From Bdellovibrionota bacterium (lineage in GTDB: Bacteria > Bdellovibrionota > Bdellovibrionia > Bdellovibrionales > Bdellovibrionaceae): a stretch of DNA of 64,000 nucleotides. A program made the translations under genes and the position numbers. The stretch is taken from contig JBPOJH010000015.1 of NCBI GenBank assembly GCA_052033755.1, forward strand, positions 10,564 through 74,563. The letters are read 5' to 3'. A model generated the notes under the pieces. That model did no database searches. It was given only the letters and a program-made list of their open reading frames with translations, and was not told where the DNA came from. Shown one piece after another: positions 1 to 9,260 of this stretch; the stretch's first letter is position 1; each line of letters starts with the position of its first letter.

Positions 1-73
1 TCAGCCAAGGGGTTAAGAAAAAAATAATCCCAATAACTAAGTTAGTCCAATTTTCCCATCTTGCTTTATTCAT
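1..73 (-). CDS. N-terminal 24 codons of a small membrane protein (SPW-repeat-like); the gene continues beyond the window start
   Basis: The reverse complement of 1-73 reads MNKARWENWTNLVIGIIFFLTPWL, with AAGGAG about 7 nt upstream of the ATG. It is a hydrophobic helix ending in TPW, as in SPW-repeat proteins. It is too short in-window to appear in the ORF track. Confidence 0.4.
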   Translation of the reverse strand, partial: MNKARWENWTNLVIGIIFFLTPWL

Positions 74-355
74 AAATGTTCTCCTTGTAAATTTTGTTAG
101 TAAATGAATGGTTTTAATCACCTAATTGAGTACGCTGCATATCTAGTGCCATTTTTAAAATATGAATTTTCTAATACATAGAAACAGATGAGTAATTAAT
201 GTCCTGAAAAAATAAGGTAAGTACAAAATTTCAACGTACATGATACTTTTTGAAGAAATTAAAAGTTCTAAGTTTGAATTCTTTGTTAAATTACTTACAA
301 GCATTATAAATTAATTTGCTTGAGCTGGAGTTCAGATAGATAATCTGAACTAATT

Positions 356-1084
356 ATGAATCAAAATAAAAGACTAATCGATTGTAAACTTTGGCTGTTA
401 TGGATACCCTTAATATTATTATTCAACCTTTACAGTTTTGTTGGTCATTCGACAGAGTCGCCATCAAAAAGTTATACTGTTGCATATAACGAGACAACTG
501 CCTTTTTGATACCCTTAGTTAAGGCTGTCTATAAGGAAATAGGAGTGAATGCAGTCTTTATTTTAGTTCCTTCAGAGCGCGCAATCACCGGAGCTAATTT
601 GAAACAATATGATGCTGATTTAAGTCGGGTTGATGGTAGTTTAACAAATTATCAAAATTTAATTTTTACAAATGAACCTCTTAAAAAAACAGAGTTACTT
701 CCTTTTGCCAAAAAAGGCAGTCGAATTCGTATTCAAAATGTTCAAGAATTACGGAAGCACACTATCGGATATAGCTTGGGATCAAAATTACCCGAATTGT
801 TTGTTGCTCAACATAAACTAAATACGCAAATTGCAAATTCCGAGACTTCGCTTTACGCCATGTTAGATAAAGAAAGATTTGAGATATTATTAATCACAGA
901 TACTCAATTAACTAAGTTAGGTGTTGAAACATTATCAAGTATTGTACAAGTTGGACCTGCACTTGAATCGAGTCATTCGTTTCACGTATTAAATAAAAAA
1001 CATATAGATCTAATTCCAAAATTCGACAGAGCGCTACGGAAAATAAAATCAGATGGTCGTTATAATCAATTGATAAAAAAATAG
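356..1084 (+). CDS. secreted periplasmic substrate-binding-like protein (SBP family 3-like), function unknown
   Basis: 242-aa ORF with an N-terminal hydrophobic signal-like segment (LWLLWIPLILLFNLYSFVG). Its size and composition resemble orphan amino-acid-type SBPs. The family is assigned from memory only. Confidence 0.5.
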   Translation: MNQNKRLIDCKLWLLWIPLILLFNLYSFVGHSTESPSKSYTVAYNETTAFLIPLVKAVYKEIGVNAVFILVPSERAITGANLKQYDADLSRVDGSLTNYQNLIFTNEPLKKTELLPFAKKGSRIRIQNVQELRKHTIGYSLGSKLPELFVAQHKLNTQIANSETSLYAMLDKERFEILLITDTQLTKLGVETLSSIVQVGPALESSHSFHVLNKKHIDLIPKFDRALRKIKSDGRYNQLIKK

Positions 1085-1088
1085 AAAA

Positions 1089-4000
1089 TCAATGTTCCAC
1101 AACATTGGTTATCATCGAGATTAATTTTTTTGGATCCACAGGCTTCGATAAGTAATTAGTGCAGCCAACGTTTAAACACTTTTGTTTGAATTCCGTCATG
1201 GCATGTGCGGTTAATGCAATGATAGGTTTTTGATAGCCAGCCGTTCGCAAATTATAAGTCGCGGTATAGCCATCCATTTCGGGCATTTGAATGTCCATCA
1301 GAACAACGTCGTAATTGCCAGACAAAGCTTTCTGATAACCTGTGATGCCGTTATCGGCTGTATCGACTTGAGCTCCTTGTTTGCCAAGATAATGTCCGAT
1401 TAACATGCGGTTATCTGATGAATCATCAACTAATAAAACATTAAAATCCTTTAATGAATTTTGCTTAACGGGAGTCTCTTCTTTTTTTTCATTCACATTA
1501 TCTTTAGTGGTATTACGGCGAAGTGGTTGATCTTCGATTGAAACTAAAAACGTTGACCCCTTGCCGACTACAGATTCCAGTATTTCAATATTTCCACCCA
1601 AAGCAGTTGCTAATCGTCTAGAAAGAGCCAGGCCTAATCCCGTCCCGCCAAAACGTCTTGTCATTGAACTATCTGCTTGGACAAAAATTTTAAATACTTT
1701 GTCTTTATGTGATTCGGGTATACCAATTCCAGTATCTGCGATTTCAAAAAAAACGGCCTTGGCATCGTTGTTGGACTTACCACCATAACTGCGAATACGA
1801 ACAGATCCACGCTGGGTAAACTTAATCGCGTTACCAACAAGATTTAATAAAATTTGACGAACTCTATATGGATCCGAAACAATTTGGTCAGGTGTACTTG
1901 TATCGTGTTCGTAAGTCAGAGCAATGTTTTTTTCCATCGCATTGACGTGTAGTAAGGCCACAATATCTTCGGCGATTCGTTGTGGATACACATCTGTATA
2001 TTCCAAAGTCAAGTGGCCCGCTTCTACTTTAGAAAGATCCAAAATATCATTTATAATGACAGATAAATTTTCGCCATTTCTAGCCAAGATATTGATATAG
2101 TTCAATCGCTCCGAGGGGGATAGGTTTGGATTTCGTAGTAAATCCGCAAAGCCTATCATGGCTCCAAGCGGGGTTCTGATTTCGTGAGACATATTGGCCA
2201 AGAAAGCTGATTTTAAGGTATTGGCCCGCTCGGCTTCGGCTTGTGCTTGCTCGGCTATAGTTTGCGCCCGTTCGGCCGCTTCTTTTGATTTGGCTAAATT
2301 GGCCTCATACATTTTTTGTTCTTGAATATCGGTGTTGGTTCCGCACCATTTCACGACTAGTCCGATGTCATTCATGATCGGTACCACATGAGTTAAAAAC
2401 CAACGATAGTGACCTTCTGAATTACGTAATGGAAATTCAATTTCACCGGCTTGCCCAGTGGCACGCACCTCTTCCCACCACTGATTGACTCGATAAATAT
2501 GTTCTGGAGGCAGTAACTTTTGCCAGCCCCAGCCTTCCATTTCAGGCAGATTTGTGCCGGTATAATTATACCAGCGTTCGTTGTACCAATAAAAGGCTCC
2601 GGTGTGATCCGCTAGCCACGTCATTTGTGGTAAGGTATTCACAAGGTCGCGAAATTTTTTTTCACTTTCGCGCAACTCGGCTTGTTCCTTTTCACGCAAA
2701 GCCTTTTCAGCTTCACGCAATTTTGTAATATCAAGTAACGAAGTTAATATATACGAAACACCATCTAGATCAACGACATTCACCGAATTAACAACTGAGA
2801 TTGTCTTACCCGAACGCGTGCGTGCCACAAATTCAGCGCCTCGGACTTGACCTGTTTCATTCAGTTCTTTTAAAATTTCTAATCGACGTTCCGGGTATAC
2901 ATGTAATTTCAAGTCATTACTGGTTTTACCTAAGACCTCTTCGCGATTATATTCTAGTAATTCTTCAAACGCGGGGTTGACATCAGTGATAATCCCTTCG
3001 GGTAAGCGGGATATCGCTGTTGCAAGTGGAGAGGAACTAAATAATGTGGCAAAGCGCCGCTCGCTAGCGCGTAGCTGCTCTTCGGCTTGTTTCAAATCAT
3101 TAATATCAAGCGTGGCTCCTGAAGCAGCTATTGCATTTCCTTGTTTGTCATAAACAATTTTGGCACGTGAAAGTAGCCAGCGAATCTCTCCAGAAGGAAG
3201 TATAATACGATATTCGTCCTCATAAGGCATTCTTTTTTCGATAGCCGTAGTAAAGTTGGCAATGGCTTTTTGTCGATCTTCGGGGTGAATGACTTGTTCA
3301 ATTAATGCCAACATATTTCCGCCAATACTTTCGATACCCAAAGTTGATGCCAGTTCCGGAGAAGTAATGACTTCGTATGAATCTAATCGAATATAAAAAG
3401 TTCCAAGATTAGCACTGGCCAAAGCTAGACGTAATCGTTCTTCGTTTTCGTGATAAGCGGCTTCCGCTAAATACTTTTCTGTAACGTCTCGGAATGTCAA
3501 CACAACACCAATTGGAGAGATTTCTTTTTCGGAAGAAAAAATAGGGGCAGCACTATCTTCAATCTGAAATTCAGTCCTATTTTTGGAAATCAATAATGTG
3601 CGTTTTGTCAGTTGGATGCTTTTATTATACTTCAAAACCTGATCGACAGGATTAACGGTAGGCGCTCGAGTGTCATAGTCAAAAATGCAAAAGACTTCAT
3701 GTACGAATTTACCACGACATTCATTCAATTTCCAACCTGTTAAATTTTCTGCGACTGGATTCATAAAGGAAATTTTCGCTTCATGGTCAACGACTAGGAC
3801 GGCATCACCAATACTTTTAAGTGTCATTTCAAATTCACTTTGTAGTAAACTGAGTGACTTATTGTTTTGTGAAAGTCGAGAAAAGATGCGAGCTCCAATT
3901 AATGAAACGAAAAAAAATGAACCCAAAATTATCATTTGATTTTTATTTTGTATTTCTAATGACCCTATTGGCTCGAATAGAAAAGCATCCGCGGCCAAGG

Positions 4001-4226
4001 TTGTCAGTAGCAAACAGCCGACAGCTGCTACAAATCCACTGTGCCAAGCTATAAATAAAATCGGTGGAAATAACCAAAAAACGGATGGATGCCCACTTCG
4101 GCTGTTCAGCCAGAATTGCATTAGCAAAGAGGAGATCATAAATAAAATTCCATATCCGATGAAGTATTTATGTTTTGAATTTTTAACTTCATTGGCTCGT
4201 AATAGATTTTGAATTCGAGTTCGCAT
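1089..4226 (-). CDS. hybrid sensor histidine kinase/response regulator with an N-terminal membrane module and multiple PAS domains
   Basis: 1045-aa ORF with N-terminal TM helices (DUF4118-like) and several PAS-like blocks. It carries an H-box SHEIRTPL, an HATPase_c G-box GTGLGLA, and a C-terminal receiver (LLVDDSSDNR...DVVLMDIQMPEMDG...KP). Confidence 0.9.
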   Translation of the reverse strand: MRTRIQNLLRANEVKNSKHKYFIGYGILFMISSLLMQFWLNSRSGHPSVFWLFPPILFIAWHSGFVAAVGCLLLTTLAADAFLFEPIGSLEIQNKNQMIILGSFFFVSLIGARIFSRLSQNNKSLSLLQSEFEMTLKSIGDAVLVVDHEAKISFMNPVAENLTGWKLNECRGKFVHEVFCIFDYDTRAPTVNPVDQVLKYNKSIQLTKRTLLISKNRTEFQIEDSAAPIFSSEKEISPIGVVLTFRDVTEKYLAEAAYHENEERLRLALASANLGTFYIRLDSYEVITSPELASTLGIESIGGNMLALIEQVIHPEDRQKAIANFTTAIEKRMPYEDEYRIILPSGEIRWLLSRAKIVYDKQGNAIAASGATLDINDLKQAEEQLRASERRFATLFSSSPLATAISRLPEGIITDVNPAFEELLEYNREEVLGKTSNDLKLHVYPERRLEILKELNETGQVRGAEFVARTRSGKTISVVNSVNVVDLDGVSYILTSLLDITKLREAEKALREKEQAELRESEKKFRDLVNTLPQMTWLADHTGAFYWYNERWYNYTGTNLPEMEGWGWQKLLPPEHIYRVNQWWEEVRATGQAGEIEFPLRNSEGHYRWFLTHVVPIMNDIGLVVKWCGTNTDIQEQKMYEANLAKSKEAAERAQTIAEQAQAEAERANTLKSAFLANMSHEIRTPLGAMIGFADLLRNPNLSPSERLNYINILARNGENLSVIINDILDLSKVEAGHLTLEYTDVYPQRIAEDIVALLHVNAMEKNIALTYEHDTSTPDQIVSDPYRVRQILLNLVGNAIKFTQRGSVRIRSYGGKSNNDAKAVFFEIADTGIGIPESHKDKVFKIFVQADSSMTRRFGGTGLGLALSRRLATALGGNIEILESVVGKGSTFLVSIEDQPLRRNTTKDNVNEKKEETPVKQNSLKDFNVLLVDDSSDNRMLIGHYLGKQGAQVDTADNGITGYQKALSGNYDVVLMDIQMPEMDGYTATYNLRTAGYQKPIIALTAHAMTEFKQKCLNVGCTNYLSKPVDPKKLISMITNVVEH

Positions 4227-4358
4227 GCAAGACTTCCTTGTGTACGCAAACTGTAACGATGTCTGAAATAAGAAGTCACTCAGGAATTCAAAACGGAAAT
4301 TCGTGTGACGCGCAGGTGATTCGTGACAACTATGTTAAGTATATGTAAATCATAACTT

Positions 4359-5423
4359 ATGACTACATCCGAAAATCCTAGTAAACCTAAACGTCGCCCC
4401 AGATATAGTGGAAAAAATCCTCGTCGATTTCATGAGAAATACAAAGAACTCAATCCAGAAAAGTACGCCAATGAAATTGAAAAAATTAAAATGCGTGGAG
4501 CTACTCCCGTTGGCACACATCGACCCATTTGTGTGGATGAGATTTTACAAATTCTTAACCCACAATCGGGACAGACTGCTTTGGATGTGACTTTGGGTTA
4601 TGGTGGACACACGTCATATATTTTGCCCAAGTTAATGCCGAACGGAAAAATGTTTGCCATTGATCAAGATCCGATTGAAAGACCCAAGACTCAATTACGA
4701 TTACAAGCATTGATGAATGAAAAGCATTTTCCTGAATCCGCCTTAACGATTGGTGCATTGAATTTTGGACAAGCAAGACAGTTTTTAGTCGAAGTAGGGC
4801 AGCCTAAAGTGGACATGATTTTAGCGGACTTGGGTGTTTCGTCGATGCAAATTGATGATCCGCAAAGGGGCTTTTCATTTAAAATCGATGCTCCCTTGGA
4901 TTTGCGAATGAATCCAAATGTGGGAATTTCTGCTGCCGATTTTTTGGCGCAAGTGAATTTGGCCGAATTAACGGATATTTTGCACACCAATGCTGACGAG
5001 CCACGAGCGCAAGTGATTGCCAAGGGCTTAATTGCGAAACGACCGCGAACGACTTTTGAAATGGCCGCGGTCATGCGAGAAATCATGTCGGGATTTTCTA
5101 AAAAGGTTCAACAAGAAGAGGGCGATGCGCCCATTCGTCGTGCCTTTCAAGCTTTGCGCATTGCTATCAATAATGAGTTCGGCGTTTTGGATCAATTTTT
5201 AAAAGATATTCCCTTGATGCTTAATCCAGGTGGGCGAGTCGCTATATTATCTTTTCACTCAGGCGAAGATCGTCGAGTGAAAAAATCTTTTCAAGCCTTA
5301 CAGCGTGTAAATATATATAGCGAGGTGTCACCAGAATTTATTCGTCCAACACCGGAAGAACAACGCAATAACTCGCGATCAAAATCAGCCAAATTGCGTT
5401 GGGCAATATTAGCAAATAATTAA
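4359..5423 (+). CDS. rsmH: 16S rRNA (cytosine1402-N4)-methyltransferase RsmH (MraW) with a basic N-terminal extension
   Basis: Motifs HRPICVDEILQ, LDVTLGYGGHT, DQDP, ADLGVSSMQIDDPQRGFSF and LSFHSGEDRRVK are seen. About 55 extra N-terminal residues are rich in K/R/P. Confidence 0.85.
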   Translation: MTTSENPSKPKRRPRYSGKNPRRFHEKYKELNPEKYANEIEKIKMRGATPVGTHRPICVDEILQILNPQSGQTALDVTLGYGGHTSYILPKLMPNGKMFAIDQDPIERPKTQLRLQALMNEKHFPESALTIGALNFGQARQFLVEVGQPKVDMILADLGVSSMQIDDPQRGFSFKIDAPLDLRMNPNVGISAADFLAQVNLAELTDILHTNADEPRAQVIAKGLIAKRPRTTFEMAAVMREIMSGFSKKVQQEEGDAPIRRAFQALRIAINNEFGVLDQFLKDIPLMLNPGGRVAILSFHSGEDRRVKKSFQALQRVNIYSEVSPEFIRPTPEEQRNNSRSKSAKLRWAILANN

Positions 5424-5557
5424 TATTGAATGGTTATCTCCCTTGTAGGTGTGGTCAAAAGGATACCAGTTTGCTGGGCATAGGACTTGCTGTTAGAACG
5501 GACGTAACGTTAGTGAGTCTGCAATTAGTAAAATGAATTCAATAATAAGGGGGAAAT

Positions 5558-6169
5558 ATGAAAGCAAGTCGGTTATTTAATTTACGATCCGCGATTTCAG
5601 CCGTGGCCATCTTGATGGCGATTTATTCGGTGGAAAGTTCCGCTTATGTGCGACCTGGAGATCCGCCACCAGTCGGAGGTATTCGAGCTTACCCTGGTGA
5701 TCGTGTCGAGCGAGAACGCCCATACCCTGTTAGACCGGGCCCCGTTCGGCCAGGCCCCATTCGCCCTGATCCTCGTCCATATCCGCCCCCTCCTCCGCCG
5801 CCCGTTTGTCGCGATAGTGGAGTGATGAATGATATCGATTCAATGCAATACAAAGTGGACCGAGTTTCTCGTGGTAAATGTGCAGGATATGATAAGTGGA
5901 CAGTGCGTAACTGTGCTGACAACTTAGAATCCCACGCCGTAAATGCAACCAAGTCCGCTATGCGAAGTACATTAAGGCAAATTCGCGATGAGGTAGAAAG
6001 CATTTGTCGTGATAGTTACAATTGTTCGTATTACGAAGTGAACCGTGTGGTAGATCGTTTCGAGGATTTAATTTACCGAATTCGTAATACTGATATGGTG
6101 TACGATGGTGGCGCAGGCCGAACCTCAATTATCGAAGATGTGGAATACTTCCGAGCGCGTTGTCGATAA
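5558..6169 (+). CDS. secreted proline-rich, cysteine-containing protein of unknown function
   Basis: GGGGGA RBS and a signal peptide (AVAILMAIYSVESSA). A Pro-rich tract (PYPVRPGPVRPGPIRPDPRPYPPPPPPP) is followed by a Cys-containing helical C-terminal half. Confidence 0.6.
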   Translation: MKASRLFNLRSAISAVAILMAIYSVESSAYVRPGDPPPVGGIRAYPGDRVERERPYPVRPGPVRPGPIRPDPRPYPPPPPPPVCRDSGVMNDIDSMQYKVDRVSRGKCAGYDKWTVRNCADNLESHAVNATKSAMRSTLRQIRDEVESICRDSYNCSYYEVNRVVDRFEDLIYRIRNTDMVYDGGAGRTSIIEDVEYFRARCR

Positions 6170-6278
6170 TTTGTATTCAATATGATTATAAATTCAAAGA
6201 TTCATAGATTTAAAAAATCAAAGAACCAAAGAGTATTAATAATCAAAGAATAAAAAACTAAAATCAAAAAAACAAAAA

Positions 6279-6307
6279 GGAGTCTTAGAAATAAGGCTCC
6301 TTTTTTT
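6279..6307 (+). terminator. Rho-independent terminator
   Basis: GGAGTCTTA-GAAA-TAAGGCTCC stem-loop (one G-U pair) followed by T7. It is preceded by an A-run, so it may act bidirectionally. Confidence 0.6.
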
Positions 6308-6398
6308 ATCTATGTGGATGTTTCCTAGCTGAGTCGATTTGATGTTGCCAGATTTAGAATGACGAAATTGTATCTAGACCAAAGATAGGCTCGACCGA

Positions 6399-8153
6399 TT
6401 GAATTCGAATTTATTTGAGTTCCCAAGGTGGCCTTCGATAAACTGGGGTATGACTAAAGCAAATTTATCTACTAGATTAATCCCGACAAATATTTTTCCT
6501 CAACAAAATGAAATTCCTGAGTCATTCAAAATCCCCTATATTCAAGGGCGCATTCTGATCAATGGAAAAATATTGAACAAGGGTTTTCCGTATAAAAAAG
6601 TAACCAGTCCTTGCGCGCATTTAGATGCCAGTGGAAATATTGTTTATCCTGAAATTGGCGAAACGCCGAATGTTGGACCTGAAATTTTCAAGCAAGCGGT
6701 CGAAGCAGCTCAACAAGCTTGGAATCAAGGTCAGGGCGAATGGCCGCTATCTAAACTAGAGGATCGCATTCAGGCGTTAATGCAATTTCGTGATCAGATG
6801 TTGATGCAACGAAATTTAATTTGTCGATTGTTGATGTGGGAGATCGCGAAAACCTGGACAGATTCGCAAGCGGAATTTGATCGTACGATTGCTTACATTA
6901 ACGATACCATTGAAGAGGCCAAGCGTTTGGATCGCACCAGTAGCCAGTTGCAATTTGCTGGAGGGATAATGGCGCAGATTCGTCGCACGCCCCTAGGCGT
7001 GACTTTGTGTATGGGGCCTTTTAATTATCCCTTGAATGAAACCTTCACGACCTTGATTCCAGCATTGATCATGGGAAATGTTTTAGTTGTTAAAATTCCT
7101 CGCTTTGGTCAATTGTTGTGGGAGCCGCTGTTGGAAGCTTTTGCAAATTGTTTTCCGGCGGGAGTTGTGAATGTGGTGAATGGTTTGGGGCGAGATATCA
7201 TCGCACCCTCGGTACAAAGTGGCCAATTAGATGTGTTGGCATTCATAGGCTCTAGTCAAGTGGCTAACCAAATTAAATTATCACATCCGCAGCCACATCG
7301 ATTCCGCAGTATCTTAGGTTTAGATGCAAAAAACCCAGCGATTATTATGTCCGATGCTGATTTAGAAAATGCTGTCAGCGAGTGTATCAAGGGCAGTTTG
7401 TCTTTTAATGGTCAACGATGTACGGCGATTAAAATTATTTTTGTTCACGCATCAGTGGCCAAAAAATTTACGGATATGTTCACCGAAAAAGTGAATGCAT
7501 TAAAATACGGATTGCCATGGCAAGAGGGAGTGTTTGTGACTCCGTTGCCGGATTTAAAAAAAATCAATTATCTACAAGAGGTCATTCAAGAGGCCCTGCA
7601 AAAAGGAGCTGTTCATTGCAATCCAGGTTTTGCAAGTGTCTCATCGGTAGCTGCCGTTAATCCTAGTAATAGTATTATCGCTGGTAAGGGGCCGGGTGTG
7701 CTCAGTTGTGGATCCTTAATGTTGCCGGCGGTGATTGGGAACGTGTCCTTAGATTCGCGTTTGGCCAAGGAAGAACAATTTGGTCCTGTTGTTCCGATAT
7801 GTGAATACAACTCGATACAAGAAGTGATTCAGTACATGGTGCAATCTCCATTCGGTATGCAAGCTAGTCTTTTTGGTCAGGATCCGAAACAAGTAGGAGC
7901 CCTGATCGATCAGTTAGCTAATCAGGTTTGTCGAATCAATCTAAATACTCAATGTCAGCGTGGCCCAGATGTATTTCCATTTACAGGTCGTAAGGGTTCC
8001 GCCGAGGGCACCTTAAGTGTGTACGATGCTTTACGCTCGTTTAGTATTCGCAGCATGGTGGCCATCAAGCAAGATGCTGACGGTAAAAAATTAGTGCGTG
8101 AAATTCTACAAGGAGATGCCTCACGATTTCTAAATTCTGATTTTATGTTATAA
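6399..8153 (+). CDS. aldehyde dehydrogenase superfamily protein, long atypical form
   Basis: ALDH motifs FNYPLNE, GSSQVANQI, the catalytic Cys context FNGQRCTA, and EEQFGPV are present. The start is uncertain: TTG at 6399 or ATG at 6450. The N-terminal extension and an internal insertion make it 584 aa. Confidence 0.8.
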   Translation: MNSNLFEFPRWPSINWGMTKANLSTRLIPTNIFPQQNEIPESFKIPYIQGRILINGKILNKGFPYKKVTSPCAHLDASGNIVYPEIGETPNVGPEIFKQAVEAAQQAWNQGQGEWPLSKLEDRIQALMQFRDQMLMQRNLICRLLMWEIAKTWTDSQAEFDRTIAYINDTIEEAKRLDRTSSQLQFAGGIMAQIRRTPLGVTLCMGPFNYPLNETFTTLIPALIMGNVLVVKIPRFGQLLWEPLLEAFANCFPAGVVNVVNGLGRDIIAPSVQSGQLDVLAFIGSSQVANQIKLSHPQPHRFRSILGLDAKNPAIIMSDADLENAVSECIKGSLSFNGQRCTAIKIIFVHASVAKKFTDMFTEKVNALKYGLPWQEGVFVTPLPDLKKINYLQEVIQEALQKGAVHCNPGFASVSSVAAVNPSNSIIAGKGPGVLSCGSLMLPAVIGNVSLDSRLAKEEQFGPVVPICEYNSIQEVIQYMVQSPFGMQASLFGQDPKQVGALIDQLANQVCRINLNTQCQRGPDVFPFTGRKGSAEGTLSVYDALRSFSIRSMVAIKQDADGKKLVREILQGDASRFLNSDFML

Positions 8154-8160
8154 GCATATA

Positions 8161-8451
8161 TTATGCGGCAGTTTTTTTATTTTTTTTAGAATCGAATTGT
8201 TTCATTAGAATAGAGTCTGGACAGAGTTCTAAACCGTTAGGCCAAGCAAGACATCCTGATTCAATAAAGCATTTACTAAACAATTGTCCTTTGATGATTT
8301 CGTTGGCTAATCCGACTGGTTTCTTAAATAAATAGGACAGATTGGCCTCAACAGTCTCGCCGGATACAAGTTTAAATTTTATAATAAATTTATCATGATT
8401 TATTTTTAAAATTTTTTCTATTTTATTGCCTAATTTCTTCATACGGCTCAC
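8161..8451 (-). CDS. DUF2442-like small protein, second gene of a two-gene cassette
   Basis: 96-aa ORF overlapping the upstream gene by 4 nt. Its size, its position after a DUF4160 gene and the C-terminal ...WPNG.EL.PD pattern fit DUF2442 as I recall it. Confidence 0.55.
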   Translation of the reverse strand: MSRMKKLGNKIEKILKINHDKFIIKFKLVSGETVEANLSYLFKKPVGLANEIIKGQLFSKCFIESGCLAWPNGLELCPDSILMKQFDSKKNKKTAA

Positions 8452-8708
8452 TCTAATCCTTTAATTTTTTTGGGCATTTTAAGTTGTGAAACAGCTAACC
8501 AGGCTTCATTTAGTTCTTTTAAATGTTTCTTTCTCCACTCTTCAACTAGGTTTCTTCCCCTAAGAGGCATTTGTCCTTTCAGGATTTTACCAGTTTTAAG
8601 TTCTATGATCGCCTCAAATTCCCCATAGGTTGCATGGAAGTGAGGTGGATTGTGGTCTGCGTGGTAAAAACGAATAACTATTCCAAAAAAAACGGACACA
8701 ATTGGCAT
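8448..8708 (-). CDS. DUF4160 domain protein
   Basis: The N-terminus FFGIVIRFYHADHNPPHFHATYGEFEA matches the characteristic DUF4160 G-I-x-I-x-F-Y..H.PPHFH..Y signature. Confidence 0.7.
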   Translation of the reverse strand: MPIVSVFFGIVIRFYHADHNPPHFHATYGEFEAIIELKTGKILKGQMPLRGRNLVEEWRKKHLKELNEAWLAVSQLKMPKKIKGLE

Positions 8709-9260
8709 CGAAAAAAACCTCTAATAAAAAATGATATAACCAAGAATCGTCACAATCTAACTTAAATAAGTAAATTAAACAATAATGATAGTCATACTTT
8801 GTCGAAAAATTGATAATCTACGTTATGAAAAAAATCTTTAATACCATATTTCAGTTAGTTGCATTTGTCTGTAATTTTGCCATATGCGAGTAAGCCCAAT
8901 AAGATTAAAATGAAAATATAGAATAAGTATTCCCAATGATCTTCGAATCGATGATAGCCTCTATAGATGATATGGGAATCCCTGCAAAAAGTTTGAGTTT
9001 GTCAAAGTTTTTGACAGGCCGATAATTGTCGTCACTACTAGTTTTATTTACAATATAATGAAGTACATTCAAATTAGTTGTAAGTCAGTAATAGTGGGGA
9101 ATTAGAGCTTATTATTTCTTTCTAAATAGTTTTAATGAGTTTTGGCTATTTCTAACGAGTAAAGTACATAATAAAATCTGCGATGCTAGAATTGTCCAAA
9201 AATGGTACGCTTCTTGTATAAGAACCTTCTGAGTAGAAATTTATCGAATGAGGTAGTTAT

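Noticed and set aside
4691-5086. 131-aa antisense ORF inside rsmH, plus small ORFs at 4408-4776.
   Set aside because: They overlap the conserved rsmH frame and have no support.
8825-8893. 22-codon hydrophobic ORF (MKKIFNTIFQLVAFVCNFAICE) in the spacer upstream of the DUF4160 cassette, as a possible type I toxin-like peptide.
   Set aside because: There is no recognisable RBS, no conservation evidence is available, and such ORFs arise easily in AT-rich DNA. It was not annotated and is worth only a glance in RNA-seq or Ribo-seq data.
9004-9025. Sigma-28 (FliA)-type promoter: GCCGATAA at 9018-9025 with CAAAGTTT upstream.
   Set aside because: The spacing between the -35-like AAAGTTT and GCCGATAA is about 4 nt shorter than the TAAAGTTT-N11-GCCGATAA consensus I recall. 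The downstream gene is 240 nt away and is not flagellar.
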